The position numbers and the translations under genes are program-made. The notes under the pieces are model-generated. The model was given only the letters and a program-made list of their open reading frames with translations. It was not told the DNA's origin and made no database searches. This document shows positions 18,771 through 28,314 of a stretch of 64,000 bases of DNA, one piece after another. The stretch covers positions 1-64,000 of the IMG/VR virus record IMGVR_UViG_3300044878_000082; one strand, 5' to 3'. This DNA is from a virus. Every line of letters starts with the position of its first letter. Position 1 is the first letter of the stretch.

Positions 18771-19031
18771 ATGAAACTGACTACCGCTCTGGAAAAAGCT
18801 ACCACTGTTTCGTTCGTGAAAGTTGCTGGTACTTCGCTGACCGTCATCAACGACAAAAACGAACTGGTCACTTACGACATCGCCGATGGCGTGCTGCCGA
18901 AAGAAACCATCGTTGGTACCAAGCTGACCTTCGACGCCACTGGCGCTCTGACCGGCTCGGATCACCCGAACTTCAAACCTGCGGCCAAGACTGGTCGTAC
19001 CGGCTGCCTGGAAGCTCGCGTCCAAGGCTAA
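18771..19031 (+). CDS. small hypothetical protein, probably highly expressed
   Basis: Own promoter and terminator, AAGGA RBS, strongly biased codons. Confidence 0.8.
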   Translation: MKLTTALEKATTVSFVKVAGTSLTVINDKNELVTYDIADGVLPKETIVGTKLTFDATGALTGSDHPNFKPAAKTGRTGCLEARVQG

Positions 19032-19046
19032 GCTGTAAAACACAAG

Positions 19047-19083
19047 GAGTGTGGAGGGCCAACCCCACACTCTTTATGCCGTC
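19047..19083 (+). terminator. terminator with TATGCC tag
   Basis: GAGTGTGG...CCACACTC-TTTATGCCGTC. Confidence 0.7.
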
Positions 19084-19104
19084 AGCTCAAGGGAGCACGT
19101 AAAG

Positions 19105-19716
19105 ATGTCAATGGCAGTCGTTCTAAATGGTGTACTGGCTACTGATAGCCAAATGTTGAATCGTCTGCGTGAGCGTGACGAATACCTCTCGGTTGGGAAG
19201 AAGCTATTTGTCAGCCCCGACAAACGTGCAGTCATCGCTGTGGTTGGTTCGGAATGGGACTCTATCGAGCTGGCGCTCGTATGGACTATTATCCAGGCTC
19301 GACTCACAGCTTTTTATTTGTCTTATGACGCTGGCAATCCGCTGGAGTTCTCTGACGAAGAACGGGCTCTGCTCAGTGGGGCTTCCAGCAAAGGTAAAGT
19401 CGTCCGTCGTTTCTTTCTGGCGACCCGTACACACCTGTGGGAAGTGATACACGATAACGATGACGGTGCCCGCATCAACGCACTCGATCCAAAGGGCTAC
19501 CACAGTCACGGTTCGGAGTGCAACATGGCGAACGTCTTTTACAAGGCAGGGTTCAATGCGCCGGAGATCATTCGACGTATTGCGCGGTTGAGCAACACCT
19601 GTGGTGGTGAGCCGCAGGTGTTTGTGGCTAAAGACTTGGAGGAGTACCCTCGTGAAGTCCCAGCCAAGCCTGCTCGTAAACCACGTCAACCGTCTGCCCG
19701 GAGCACCCGTAAATGA
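19105..19716 (+). CDS. Ntn-hydrolase / proteasome-beta-like protein (putative)
   Basis: N-terminus MSMAVVLNGVLATDSQ, later SHGSE and TCGG; GGAG RBS. Confidence 0.5.
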   Translation: MSMAVVLNGVLATDSQMLNRLRERDEYLSVGKKLFVSPDKRAVIAVVGSEWDSIELALVWTIIQARLTAFYLSYDAGNPLEFSDEERALLSGASSKGKVVRRFFLATRTHLWEVIHDNDDGARINALDPKGYHSHGSECNMANVFYKAGFNAPEIIRRIARLSNTCGGEPQVFVAKDLEEYPREVPAKPARKPRQPSARSTRK

Positions 19717-20252
19717 TCAACAACTTCGCCGCATTTTCAGGTAACGACCTGATCACCACGTTTGACCTGATCCGTCCTAACGGCTTGATCGTGAAGGCGC
19801 CAGTAGACTACTACTATTCCAAGTGGGGTTTCCTGATCCCGCTGGAAGTCAACGGTCTGAACGTGCTGGAATACCTGAATGGCGATCGCGACCTCGAACT
19901 GACTGCTGATGGCGTACTCAAAGCGTTCATCATCACACACGACGGGGTGCTGGAAGAATGGTCGCGTGCTGGGCCTGCTCGTCGGGTTCCATTCATGCGT
20001 CGGGTAACTCCATGGGGCCCTGAGATCGCTCAGGTGCGCAGTAACTGCATGGAGGTAGAGGAAGCTTGGGTGGCGGCAATGGATGCTACTGATGACGACC
20101 TCGATCGGTCATTGGCGTTGGTGCAACAGACTCTGCGTAATAGCGCAGCACGCATTACCAAACTCCACATTCCGACCATCATTGAGGAACTTAATAAACG
20201 GTTTCCCCTCAAAGATAAGAAACGTCAAGTAAGGGGGACGCTCGAAGAATAA
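19713..20252 (+). CDS. hypothetical protein (possible divergent Ntn-like partner)
   Basis: ATGA overlap; beta-rich N-terminus and EEAWVAAMDA helix. Confidence 0.65.
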   Translation: MINNFAAFSGNDLITTFDLIRPNGLIVKAPVDYYYSKWGFLIPLEVNGLNVLEYLNGDRDLELTADGVLKAFIITHDGVLEEWSRAGPARRVPFMRRVTPWGPEIAQVRSNCMEVEEAWVAAMDATDDDLDRSLALVQQTLRNSAARITKLHIPTIIEELNKRFPLKDKKRQVRGTLEE

Positions 20253-20265
20253 GAGGTACTACAGG

Positions 20266-20568
20266 ATGGATTTTAAGATTAAGGCTTACAAGGGTCGGGA
20301 TGGGTTGACTGTTGTGTTTGCAGCCCTTGAAATCACCAAACGCTGGAACCGTGAACGCACGGGGAAGATCACCGCAGCAAAGTTGCTGACCGGTACTTTC
20401 AAACGCGATTGCTCGAACCTGGAAGTGTTGTACATTTCCGGTGGGGCTTGGGACGGTACCCTTCATATCGACCCCAAATACTTAGCGCCGGGGGGACCAG
20501 AAGAGGTCGCCTTGACTTCGGCCCAGATAAACCGTGTTAAGAATCCACACGCTCGTTGCAGAGCTTGA
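20266..20568 (+). CDS. hypothetical protein
   Basis: GAGGT RBS. Confidence 0.65.
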   Translation: MDFKIKAYKGRDGLTVVFAALEITKRWNRERTGKITAAKLLTGTFKRDCSNLEVLYISGGAWDGTLHIDPKYLAPGGPEEVALTSAQINRVKNPHARCRA

Positions 20569-20583
20569 TAAAAGGTAATAGTC

Positions 20584-21054
20584 ATGGCGGTCACTTTAGT
20601 GGTCTATCGCTTCGATGAAACACCCAAGGTGGATGACACGTTGTTTTACTTGGGTCACATCCCGGCGTTTGCAGACGCACCAATCGTGGGGAACGTGTAC
20701 GAGAGTCCTTCTCTCGATCATTACCCGTATTACAACGTCCTGAGGATTGAGGATGAGCTACTGGAGGACAACAGCCTGTACGTGTTGTTTGTTCTGAACC
20801 CAGACGCTGAACCTGTGGTCTTTGGGGAACAACAAGTGTACCTGCCTCCGGCTCAGGAAGACACCGTCACCAGTGAGATTGCTGACTGGATGATGTTGAT
20901 CAACGGAACCCGGATGCGACACTACGGAACGAGCAACGGGAATTTCCTGTTTGTTCTAAAAGGAGCGGGTGGAACAGTCAACAAGATGTTTGCACACGCA
21001 AGACGTAAACATGTTCATGTAGCCGAAGAGGGCCAAGATGTCGCAACAAGATAA
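20584..21054 (+). CDS. hypothetical protein
   Basis: AAGGT RBS; 156 aa. Confidence 0.7.
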   Translation: MAVTLVVYRFDETPKVDDTLFYLGHIPAFADAPIVGNVYESPSLDHYPYYNVLRIEDELLEDNSLYVLFVLNPDAEPVVFGEQQVYLPPAQEDTVTSEIADWMMLINGTRMRHYGTSNGNFLFVLKGAGGTVNKMFAHARRKHVHVAEEGQDVATR

Positions 21055-21169
21055 AGTAAGCCCAGCATCCTGGTGGGTGTTGGGTGGCTTCACCGTAGTG
21101 CTGGCAGCGTTGATCTATCGTGAACCGCTGCCTTTCCTGTACCTGCTCGCAATTGTGTGGCCTAATTAA
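21038..21169 (+). CDS. small membrane protein (43 aa)
   Basis: GAGGG RBS; MSQQDKVSPASWWVLGGFTVVLAALIY... Confidence 0.55.
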   Translation: MSQQDKVSPASWWVLGGFTVVLAALIYREPLPFLYLLAIVWPN

Positions 21170-21183
21170 AAGGAAGTTGTGTA

Positions 21184-21492
21184 ATGTGTTTTCGTGATCG
21201 AAGCGCCCGTGCTTACAACCCACGGACAGCAACGCTGAATGTTCCAATGAACCTTGCTCGTACTCAAGGGGCTATGGTGGCAGACATCGGCGAGATTACA
21301 GGAGTCCGGAATAGCGCTGTGGACTCCAAAAAGATCCTCGTGGTAAACGGTAAACAAGTTTACTACGTGGAGAAGCAAATGGCGGATGCTTTTAAGTATG
21401 GAGTGGGCGATAGAGTAAAGGTCTGGGAGTTCTCTAACCAGTATTACTTCACTGCAACTAAGAAGAAGGGGACTGTTCATGGCAATGTCTGA
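21184..21492 (+). CDS. hypothetical beta-rich protein
   Basis: AAGGA RBS. Confidence 0.65.
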   Translation: MCFRDRSARAYNPRTATLNVPMNLARTQGAMVADIGEITGVRNSAVDSKKILVVNGKQVYYVEKQMADAFKYGVGDRVKVWEFSNQYYFTATKKKGTVHGNV

Positions 21493-22006
21493 TTGCATCA
21501 AGTGCTGGGATACACCGTGCGTTTGTGGTCACGACTACCGAGATTGGCCGATCAAGAAGCTCGAAGAACACATCGCCATGTTGCAAGGGGTACTGGCCAA
21601 GAAGACCGGTGTCAAACCGCTTCCACCGTATCCTGAAGGCGATTTCGACGTCAAGCTTCAGCACAGCAACCAAATCCGTAGCCAACTGATCAAGATGATC
21701 CTAGAGCGTTGTGACTCACGGATGGTTGAACTGTGTCAAGCTGAGGTCATCGGTAGTGGTACGCTGACGTTCATCCGCGATTGCAACGATCCGGCCTACT
21801 GCTGGCTCCAAGTAAACTCGGCGACTGAGTACCGTTTACCCAAGACGGAACTGGGCGCGTTGAACGCTGAACTGGGTGAGCGCCTCGTGATTTTCCGGCA
21901 CCACAAAATGAAGTACGTTGTAAAGGCACCAGTGAACTTGGATGCCAAGAAGTTGCCGCTGGCGATTTCTGAAGTAACTGTTAAGCACACTGACTACCAC
22001 CACTAA
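21479..22006 (+). CDS. hypothetical protein with N-terminal CxxC...CxC
   Basis: SDCIKCWDTPCVCG. Confidence 0.7.
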   Translation: MAMSDCIKCWDTPCVCGHDYRDWPIKKLEEHIAMLQGVLAKKTGVKPLPPYPEGDFDVKLQHSNQIRSQLIKMILERCDSRMVELCQAEVIGSGTLTFIRDCNDPAYCWLQVNSATEYRLPKTELGALNAELGERLVIFRHHKMKYVVKAPVNLDAKKLPLAISEVTVKHTDYHH

Positions 22007-22027
22007 TCTTTGAACTTTGGAGTTCAC

Positions 22028-22657
22028 ATGCGTAATGTAAACGTAGTAATGACCATGCAAAGCGACAGCACCAATTTCGACAGTCATGACTGCCGAGTCA
22101 TGGATGAACTGGAACGACGTTACCCAAGTCGTTCGGTAAGGCGTCAAGGCATACTGGGCTATGCTCAGGAAGAGTTGACTCGTGACATCGCCCGTCACCA
22201 CACTTGGTTGGGTCGGCGCCCTTTGTTCCTGGACCGCTGCTTGAGCACCGAAGGCGAGTACGACCAAATGATTGTAGTGTTGCCTTTGGGTAGTACGTGG
22301 AAAGCGGTGAACGCGGCCTATTCGTTCCTGCGTGGGTTGCTCGTTCGAAACAACCCCGGCGACATGGACGGCTACGAAGTTAGTAGCGACGTACGCACCT
22401 TCGCTCACGACGGCATCGTTCCGTTGCTGGACACTCAGGGCGAGTTCTCGCGTTACCCATTCGACCACAAGATCGCTTTCGATCTAATGTTCACGATGAA
22501 GTTGGCAATGACCAAAGCGATGATTGGTTGTGGGTCGGTGGAATCCATTGATTCACTGTACCTGTTTGATTCTGATCCAGCAGACGTTGTGAATCTCGGT
22601 AAACGCGAGACTCGTCAACTGGCACTGGTCTTCCGCTTCAAACCGCTGGCGATTTAA
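22028..22657 (+). CDS. hypothetical protein
   Basis: GGAG RBS before ATG 22028. Confidence 0.7.
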   Translation: MRNVNVVMTMQSDSTNFDSHDCRVMDELERRYPSRSVRRQGILGYAQEELTRDIARHHTWLGRRPLFLDRCLSTEGEYDQMIVVLPLGSTWKAVNAAYSFLRGLLVRNNPGDMDGYEVSSDVRTFAHDGIVPLLDTQGEFSRYPFDHKIAFDLMFTMKLAMTKAMIGCGSVESIDSLYLFDSDPADVVNLGKRETRQLALVFRFKPLAI

Positions 22658-22705
22658 GACGGCATAAAAAGAAGGGGTGCGAGCCCCTTCTTTTTTTTTT
22701 GCCTG
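22658..22705. terminator. bidirectional terminator between convergent genes
   Basis: GACGGCATAAAAAGAAGGGG-TGCGAG-CCCCTTCTTTTTTTTTTTGCC. Confidence 0.85.
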
Positions 22706-22975
22706 TTACAACCGGAAACCATTCGACTCGAAGTTAACGTAGTTGATGTACACAGCTTCTGGAACGCGCTTGAGAATAACTTGCGCGATACCCCAACAGT
22801 TGAACAGTTGCCTTACCTCGGCAGGCGTACACAAGCCATTGACGATCTTGAAGTACCGTTCAGTACCGTCGACCATCCTTACATAACCCGCACAGTGTTC
22901 GTGGCGGATTTGGTACTCACGGGATTCAAAGCAAACCCGTAGGCGATCCATTACATCAAAAGACAACGGTTCCAT
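22706..22975 (-). CDS. hypothetical protein
   Basis: 89-aa ORF downstream of nrdAB. Confidence 0.6.
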   Translation of the reverse strand: MEPLSFDVMDRLRVCFESREYQIRHEHCAGYVRMVDGTERYFKIVNGLCTPAEVRQLFNCWGIAQVILKRVPEAVYINYVNFESNGFRL

Positions 22976-22986
22976 GGTTTATCCAA

Positions 22987-23076
22987 TTATGTCCGTGACC
23001 ACATCTTGTAACCGCAGTAAAGCACTGCACCCACAACTGCTAAAATTGTTGCACCTACACCGAGTAAGAACGACAT
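22987..23076 (-). CDS. very small membrane peptide (29 aa)
   Basis: MSFLLGVGATILAVVGAVLYCGYKMWSRT; TAATG-coupled. Confidence 0.45.
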   Translation of the reverse strand: MSFLLGVGATILAVVGAVLYCGYKMWSRT

Positions 23077-23183
23077 TAGACAAACCCCCTACGAGAGCCA
23101 CGAACCCACAACCAACAGCCAGACAGACCAATGGGTGAGACGACGGCCACAATCAGCAAGCACAGCTTTAATGATTCTTCCAT
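23076..23183 (-). CDS. very small membrane peptide (35 aa)
   Basis: MEESLKLCLLIVAVVSPIGLSGCWLWVRGSRRGFV; AAGGGA upstream. Confidence 0.45.
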   Translation of the reverse strand: MEESLKLCLLIVAVVSPIGLSGCWLWVRGSRRGFV

Positions 23184-23194
23184 GAGGCATCCCT

Positions 23195-24364
23195 TTAGAA
23201 ACCGGAGACATCGAATACCGCGTCTTCGTCGTCACGTACCACGACGTTCACTTTATATTGGGCGTTGGCTTGTTCCTGAGGTGAAGGCTGGGTATCACCC
23301 ATGTTCATCCAGGTCTTCATGTAGTGCAGTGGAAGTTTCTCCACTTGTGGGTAGTCCATGTCCAGACGGCACGAACGAGCGATGTAGGTCGCGTGGAACA
23401 ACACCGAGTCCTTGAGTTGCTTCAAGGTGCAGTGGCGCAGGTCTTCAACGATCTCACCGGTTTCGTCGTCAGTGTAGGCGAAGTCCGACCAGTTCAGTTC
23501 GGTCTCGATCACTTCGTTCAGAACACGGTTCATCCGAGGACGGAGTTGCTCGTAAGCAATCTGCCCACGTTCGGTGGTCATCTCGTGTTGGATCACGAGG
23601 AAGTCCAGCTCGCAGTGAGTTTCGTATTCGTCCTGAGCAATCTTCTGCACCATTTTGCAGATCGGGATGAACAGGTCTTCTGCGGCCAGTGCGAAGGTGA
23701 TGCCAAACGAAGCCATGAACTGGAGACGTTCCAACACAAACATCATGAATGCAAACATGAAGGCGGCGTTGTAGGTTTCTTGGTCGCCAGGTACGTCGCC
23801 CAACTGGAAGCGCAAACCACGTTCACGAATCCACTTCATCTCCGCCGCTACTGTTTCCAGTCGTTGCATTGCTTCGGTGATGCTGAGGATCTTGTCGAGG
23901 ACCTCACGAGGGTTGTCGAAGCTGGCGCGGACGATCTCGGAGTAGGTAGCCGCGTGAACGATTTCCTGGTCAGAGATACGTTGCCATGCTGCCCACAGCT
24001 CAGGCGCTGGGTTGAACAGGCTGACGATGTGACTGATGCTGCGTGAAGCGAAGGAGTCTGCCTCCCACTGCCAAGCCAGAGACTTGATCATCTTCTGGGC
24101 TTTGGTACGCAGCGCCGGGTTCTTGAACTCAGCGTTGCAGGAAGACATAGGAATCTCGTTTTCATCCCAGTCTAGGGACTTAACGGTTTTGTACACTTTC
24201 CAGATTTGTGGAAACTGTTTGTTGACGGTATCAAACAGACCGGCAGGTTGCCCTAGCAACAGGCTGGTATTCTGATAGTCAGATTTGTACATGTTGAAGA
24301 TGGCCGGGTCAATGACCGGCGGAGTCTTCGAGAACCCCATTTGAATCATTACTGGTGCTGTCAC
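23195..24364 (-). CDS. nrdB: ribonucleotide reductase class I beta subunit
   Basis: WDENEI, EAD, EIVHAATY (radical Tyr), ERLQFMASF, IAQDEYETH, PQE..Y. Confidence 0.93.
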   Translation of the reverse strand: MTAPVMIQMGFSKTPPVIDPAIFNMYKSDYQNTSLLLGQPAGLFDTVNKQFPQIWKVYKTVKSLDWDENEIPMSSCNAEFKNPALRTKAQKMIKSLAWQWEADSFASRSISHIVSLFNPAPELWAAWQRISDQEIVHAATYSEIVRASFDNPREVLDKILSITEAMQRLETVAAEMKWIRERGLRFQLGDVPGDQETYNAAFMFAFMMFVLERLQFMASFGITFALAAEDLFIPICKMVQKIAQDEYETHCELDFLVIQHEMTTERGQIAYEQLRPRMNRVLNEVIETELNWSDFAYTDDETGEIVEDLRHCTLKQLKDSVLFHATYIARSCRLDMDYPQVEKLPLHYMKTWMNMGDTQPSPQEQANAQYKVNVVVRDDEDAVFDVSGF

Positions 24365-24421
24365 GAGAACACTCTCAAAAGATTTGAAGGAAAGGGCGCT
24401 CCCCAGAACGCCCCACCAGTA

Positions 24422-26929
24422 TTACATTTTGCAACCACCAGCACCGCAGTCGGCTTCTGGGAGCTTGTCGGTGTTACGCACTTCAACCATCACGATCTCA
24501 CCGTTGTCCATTTGACGGGCTTCGGTGGTCAGAGTGTTGTAGTAGTAACGAGACTTGTACCCGTACTTGGTCATGCGGAAGAACCCAGTCAGCAGTTCAG
24601 TTGAACCTACAGTCTCACCTTGTGGCAAACGGCGATGTTGGTCGCCCGAGATACCTTGGTCGGTGAAGTACTGCGTGATGGCCGTGTAGTCGATCTGGTC
24701 CTCAGGCTTAACGTCCCATGCAATCTCGTAACGATCACCCCACAGGTCACCCTCAGGAGCAGCCCAACGCGATACGATGCCGTTGTCGGTCTTGGTCATC
24801 ACCAAGTCGCGAACAGGGTACAGGCTGTTTGGTTGCCCAGCAGCTTTCGAGCTGGACTCACCTGGCATGTGAGAAGCCACGCAGGAGAAACGCATACCTT
24901 CGTTGTCGATCAGGTCTTGACGCACAGGAGCCCAATCACGCTTCAGACCAGTGGTCACCAGTTCGAGCACGTTCTGGTTAGCACTGTCCATCGGCAGGTA
25001 GCCTTCAGGCCAACGGGTACGGTGCATCCACTCAGCGTTACCACGCTCTTTGCCCAACTGGATCGACTGAGTGATCAAGTGGTAGAGGTGAGTCTCGTTG
25101 AGATCCCAGATGGCGTTCTTGCCTTCTTGCGAACCGTACTTGAGGTTGTTCTTGGCCATGTAGGTCGCGAGACCCATGATGCCCACGCCAGCGTTCATAC
25201 GAGCCTTGGACGTGTAGCCAATGTGTGGCAACTCGTATTCGGCCTTGTGAATGCAGATGTCGATCATCAACAAGACGTAGTAGGCAACCTCAGCGTACTG
25301 GGCGTCAGACTCGATGTTGGCTGGCACAATACCGCCGATGTTACACATAGCCACTTCTGGCTCGTGCTTGATCTCGTCGATGCTGGCGACTTTGTAAGTC
25401 AGGCCGTTCTTGACGGTGCGGAACGACTCGTCAGGACCCAGCTCGATGGCAGCAATGGCTTTACGGTCCGTCCGTCCAGGTGCAGCGCCTTCTGGTGGAG
25501 CACGATCTACCCAGACCTTCTGCGGTGCATCCAACTTGATGCGAGCGCCGTCAGTGGTAGTCAGCTTGACGTAACCCACAGCCTCGCTGGAGTACAGGTC
25601 CATCATGTGTTTGTAACCACGCTGAGGCAGCATGATTTCTTGGCACAGGTTGGAAGCGAAGATCGAATCGTAGAACGGGGTGTGACGATTCATCTCGTCA
25701 GCCCAGGTCAGGTAGTAACGACCGGTTTCCAGAGCTTCCGTCAGAGCGACCAGTACCAACTCACGAGCGTTGAAGTAGTCCTTGACGAACAGTGGGTCTG
25801 CTTCGTACTTGGCGTACAGCTCTTCGAACTTGGCGAAGTCTGCCGAGTAGAAGGCTTCGTACAGGTCTGGAGCGGTAAAGCAGTTGAACTTGAACAGCTT
25901 GCCTTTCTGACCAGCAAAGCGTGCAATGAACTTGCTCACAGTGACCGAGTAGTCGATACCACGGATCTGCTTCTCTTCCACCGACATCGGGTTCTGGAGT
26001 TGCAGCATGGTTTCGTTTTCAGGATCGAACATGCTGTAGGTCAGCGTGTCAGCACCACCACGACCGTTTTGCAGGTTGGCCTCGACCATCGCCTTGGTAG
26101 CGCGGACGTATGGGAGTTTGCCTTGGTGCTTGATCATGCCACCACGAACAGCATCGCCCAGCGAGCGGGTGTTCAGGTGAGTACCGCAACCAGCAGACAT
26201 GTAGGTCATGGTGTAAGCAATGTGCAGGCCGATGCCGATCGAGGCAGCGGTGTCTTCGTTGCTGTAGATGCAGCAAGAAGCGAAACCACGCAACGGAGTA
26301 CCTAGGTTGACGTAGTTCGGAGTCGGGGCATTGATGCGAGCGTCCGAGAGGTGCTCGTAGAACTTGGCGACGTCATGCATGCGACGTTCACGCGGCTGCT
26401 CTTCAGAGAGCGCCATGGCCATACGCATGTACACGAACTGTGGAGTCTCGTAGACATTGCGCTCGGCGCCGATACGGTTTTGCAGGGCGTACTTCTTATA
26501 GATGTACTCGCTGCGGAAATGCGGGTAAGTCTGGTCTTTCTTGTGCTGGATCATCTTTTCTACTTCGGCGTATTCAGCCTCGGTATAGTCCAGCAGGTAC
26601 ATATAGCCCTTTTCAGCCAAGCTCAGGTGAAGCTCACGCACCGTCGGTACTTTCTGTCCGAAGGTCTTTTTCATGATCAGTGGGGCATACAGCTTACCTG
26701 CCATCAGGTAGTGGGCCCAACTCTCGCCACGCAGGGTGACGTCAACCAGCTTCTCCTGGAACTCTTGAGTAGACAGTACCGGAGGACATTCATTGACCGC
26801 ATCCAGCAGGATACTAGCCCAGTCCACACGGTTGCCGAGTTTACGACCAGCCCATTGACTCCATTTCTTAGCCTTCTCGGCAATAAAGGGTTCGCTGGAA
26901 CCGTCAAACTTGATCATCTCTCGAATCAT
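24422..26929 (-). CDS. nrdA: ribonucleotide reductase class I alpha subunit
   Basis: ETPQF, PTP, FASCC, QNGRGG, SNLCQEI, MCNIG, KSRYY, C-terminal CGAGGC. Confidence 0.95.
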   Translation of the reverse strand: MIREMIKFDGSSEPFIAEKAKKWSQWAGRKLGNRVDWASILLDAVNECPPVLSTQEFQEKLVDVTLRGESWAHYLMAGKLYAPLIMKKTFGQKVPTVRELHLSLAEKGYMYLLDYTEAEYAEVEKMIQHKKDQTYPHFRSEYIYKKYALQNRIGAERNVYETPQFVYMRMAMALSEEQPRERRMHDVAKFYEHLSDARINAPTPNYVNLGTPLRGFASCCIYSNEDTAASIGIGLHIAYTMTYMSAGCGTHLNTRSLGDAVRGGMIKHQGKLPYVRATKAMVEANLQNGRGGADTLTYSMFDPENETMLQLQNPMSVEEKQIRGIDYSVTVSKFIARFAGQKGKLFKFNCFTAPDLYEAFYSADFAKFEELYAKYEADPLFVKDYFNARELVLVALTEALETGRYYLTWADEMNRHTPFYDSIFASNLCQEIMLPQRGYKHMMDLYSSEAVGYVKLTTTDGARIKLDAPQKVWVDRAPPEGAAPGRTDRKAIAAIELGPDESFRTVKNGLTYKVASIDEIKHEPEVAMCNIGGIVPANIESDAQYAEVAYYVLLMIDICIHKAEYELPHIGYTSKARMNAGVGIMGLATYMAKNNLKYGSQEGKNAIWDLNETHLYHLITQSIQLGKERGNAEWMHRTRWPEGYLPMDSANQNVLELVTTGLKRDWAPVRQDLIDNEGMRFSCVASHMPGESSSKAAGQPNSLYPVRDLVMTKTDNGIVSRWAAPEGDLWGDRYEIAWDVKPEDQIDYTAITQYFTDQGISGDQHRRLPQGETVGSTELLTGFFRMTKYGYKSRYYYNTLTTEARQMDNGEIVMVEVRNTDKLPEADCGAGGCKM

Positions 26930-27081
26930 GACTCAAACCTTAAATTTGGCTACTAACAGGGGACAGTAATTAGTCCGTGACTATAACATTAGGTTTCAAA
27001 ATCGTCTGTCAAAAACAATCCCCAAAACCAACATAGGGTACAGCCACTATGTACTAAAACACTCCCTTGAACCAAAGACTT

Positions 27082-27107
27082 TTCAAGTATATATTACCTA
27101 AGGGCAA
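27082..27107 (+). promoter_or_regulatory. phage early-type promoter (TATATTAC)
   Basis: TTCAAGTATATATTACCTAAGGGCAA. Confidence 0.75.
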
Positions 27108-27135
27108 TACTAACCTAAACGATCTATGGAGATCT

Positions 27136-27915
27136 ATGATGAAGAAGCCTAAGCCTCGCCACCTCAAGAAAGAAATCGCTAAGCAAGTCCGCGCCATTCA
27201 AATTCAGATGGGTCTGACTCCGCGTCAGATGCGTGCAATGACCGCATTGAAAGAAATGCGTGATAATCAGCGGCTCCAGCAACTGGCTGACACTGCTGTG
27301 CATCTTGATCCCATGAACTTCGGTAAGACTGCGAGTCGCCTGAGTATGTTACCTGTTTCTCAGGCTCGTCAGGAAATGTTCGAGCAACACGATGTCCAGA
27401 ACCGTAAACTGCTGAATATCTACGGGAAGGATGGTGACTACAAACCGTTCCCTGACCTAACCAGTCAGACGCCGTTAACCAGTGAAGAAGCTTACGACGT
27501 CCTGTACGGCGGTATAGACGCAGAGCTGGGTTCGACTGTGGATAAGTCTGCTCTACCTCTGGGTCGCCCTAACCCGCTGCGTGAACACTGGGAAAAGTAT
27601 GGGGATCAGGATACCCGTGTGATTCCTGGTCAGGTGAATGTTGATGCGCTGTTGGATCAAGGTGCCAACCCTGAACTGCGCCAACACGTAGCTCGACTCA
27701 TGGCTACGACTAACCTACCGTTTGGCTTGAGTGATCCGGGTCGGGCTGAGGATCGTGATTTCACCAAGCTGGCTGTCAAGGCTACTCCTGAGCAGATAGC
27801 TGAGATGGGTAAGGACATGAAGCTGGTCTTCAAAGACGGCGTTCAGGTAGCCGGTACTGGTTGGTCGGTAGATCACGACGGTGACGTTGATCACATTCCC
27901 CCTAAGAAGGACTAA
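27136..27915 (+). CDS. hypothetical protein, basic N-terminus
   Basis: GGAG RBS; start placed downstream of the promoter. Confidence 0.7.
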   Translation: MMKKPKPRHLKKEIAKQVRAIQIQMGLTPRQMRAMTALKEMRDNQRLQQLADTAVHLDPMNFGKTASRLSMLPVSQARQEMFEQHDVQNRKLLNIYGKDGDYKPFPDLTSQTPLTSEEAYDVLYGGIDAELGSTVDKSALPLGRPNPLREHWEKYGDQDTRVIPGQVNVDALLDQGANPELRQHVARLMATTNLPFGLSDPGRAEDRDFTKLAVKATPEQIAEMGKDMKLVFKDGVQVAGTGWSVDHDGDVDHIPPKKD

Positions 27916-27917
27916 TC

Positions 27918-28301
27918 GTGGCTAACGAACGTGGTTGGAAAGACGGGGTGTACAATCCTGGGTTTGGTGTACACCCAGATTACCTACGTCTCTATAAAGA
28001 GCGTGCTCAGGCCGAGGGTTACAGTCTGGATCAACTCCCTGAGATCAAGGGGGTAAGGTTCAAGCAATCCAAAGGTCAGCACCTACCGCTGCGCAATAAG
28101 GTAACTCGGGTGGTGATGGTGGGGTTTGACCCATTCAACCACTCGGGGTTGCCTGAACACATCGAACGCAAAGTGGTGTTCGATTACTGGGCTCGGCTGG
28201 AGAACGAGTTTGTTCAAGGTTGGGTCGACGAAGCTGGACCTGAAGAAGAACGCGTAGGTTTAATCGCGTGGACTGATGGTTACAAAATTATTCATCCCTA
28301 A
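27918..28301 (+). CDS. hypothetical protein
   Basis: AAGGA RBS, GTG start. Confidence 0.7.
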   Translation: MANERGWKDGVYNPGFGVHPDYLRLYKERAQAEGYSLDQLPEIKGVRFKQSKGQHLPLRNKVTRVVMVGFDPFNHSGLPEHIERKVVFDYWARLENEFVQGWVDEAGPEEERVGLIAWTDGYKIIHP

Positions 28302-28314
28302 GGAGGGCTTGTAA

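Noticed and set aside
24620-26305. 561-aa + strand ORF inside nrdA
   Set aside because: Antisense shadow
28296-28314. Second CCC-TAA gene end
   Set aside because: The +1 frame gives only KEGL then TAA, and the sequence is explained by the next gene's AAGGAGG RBS
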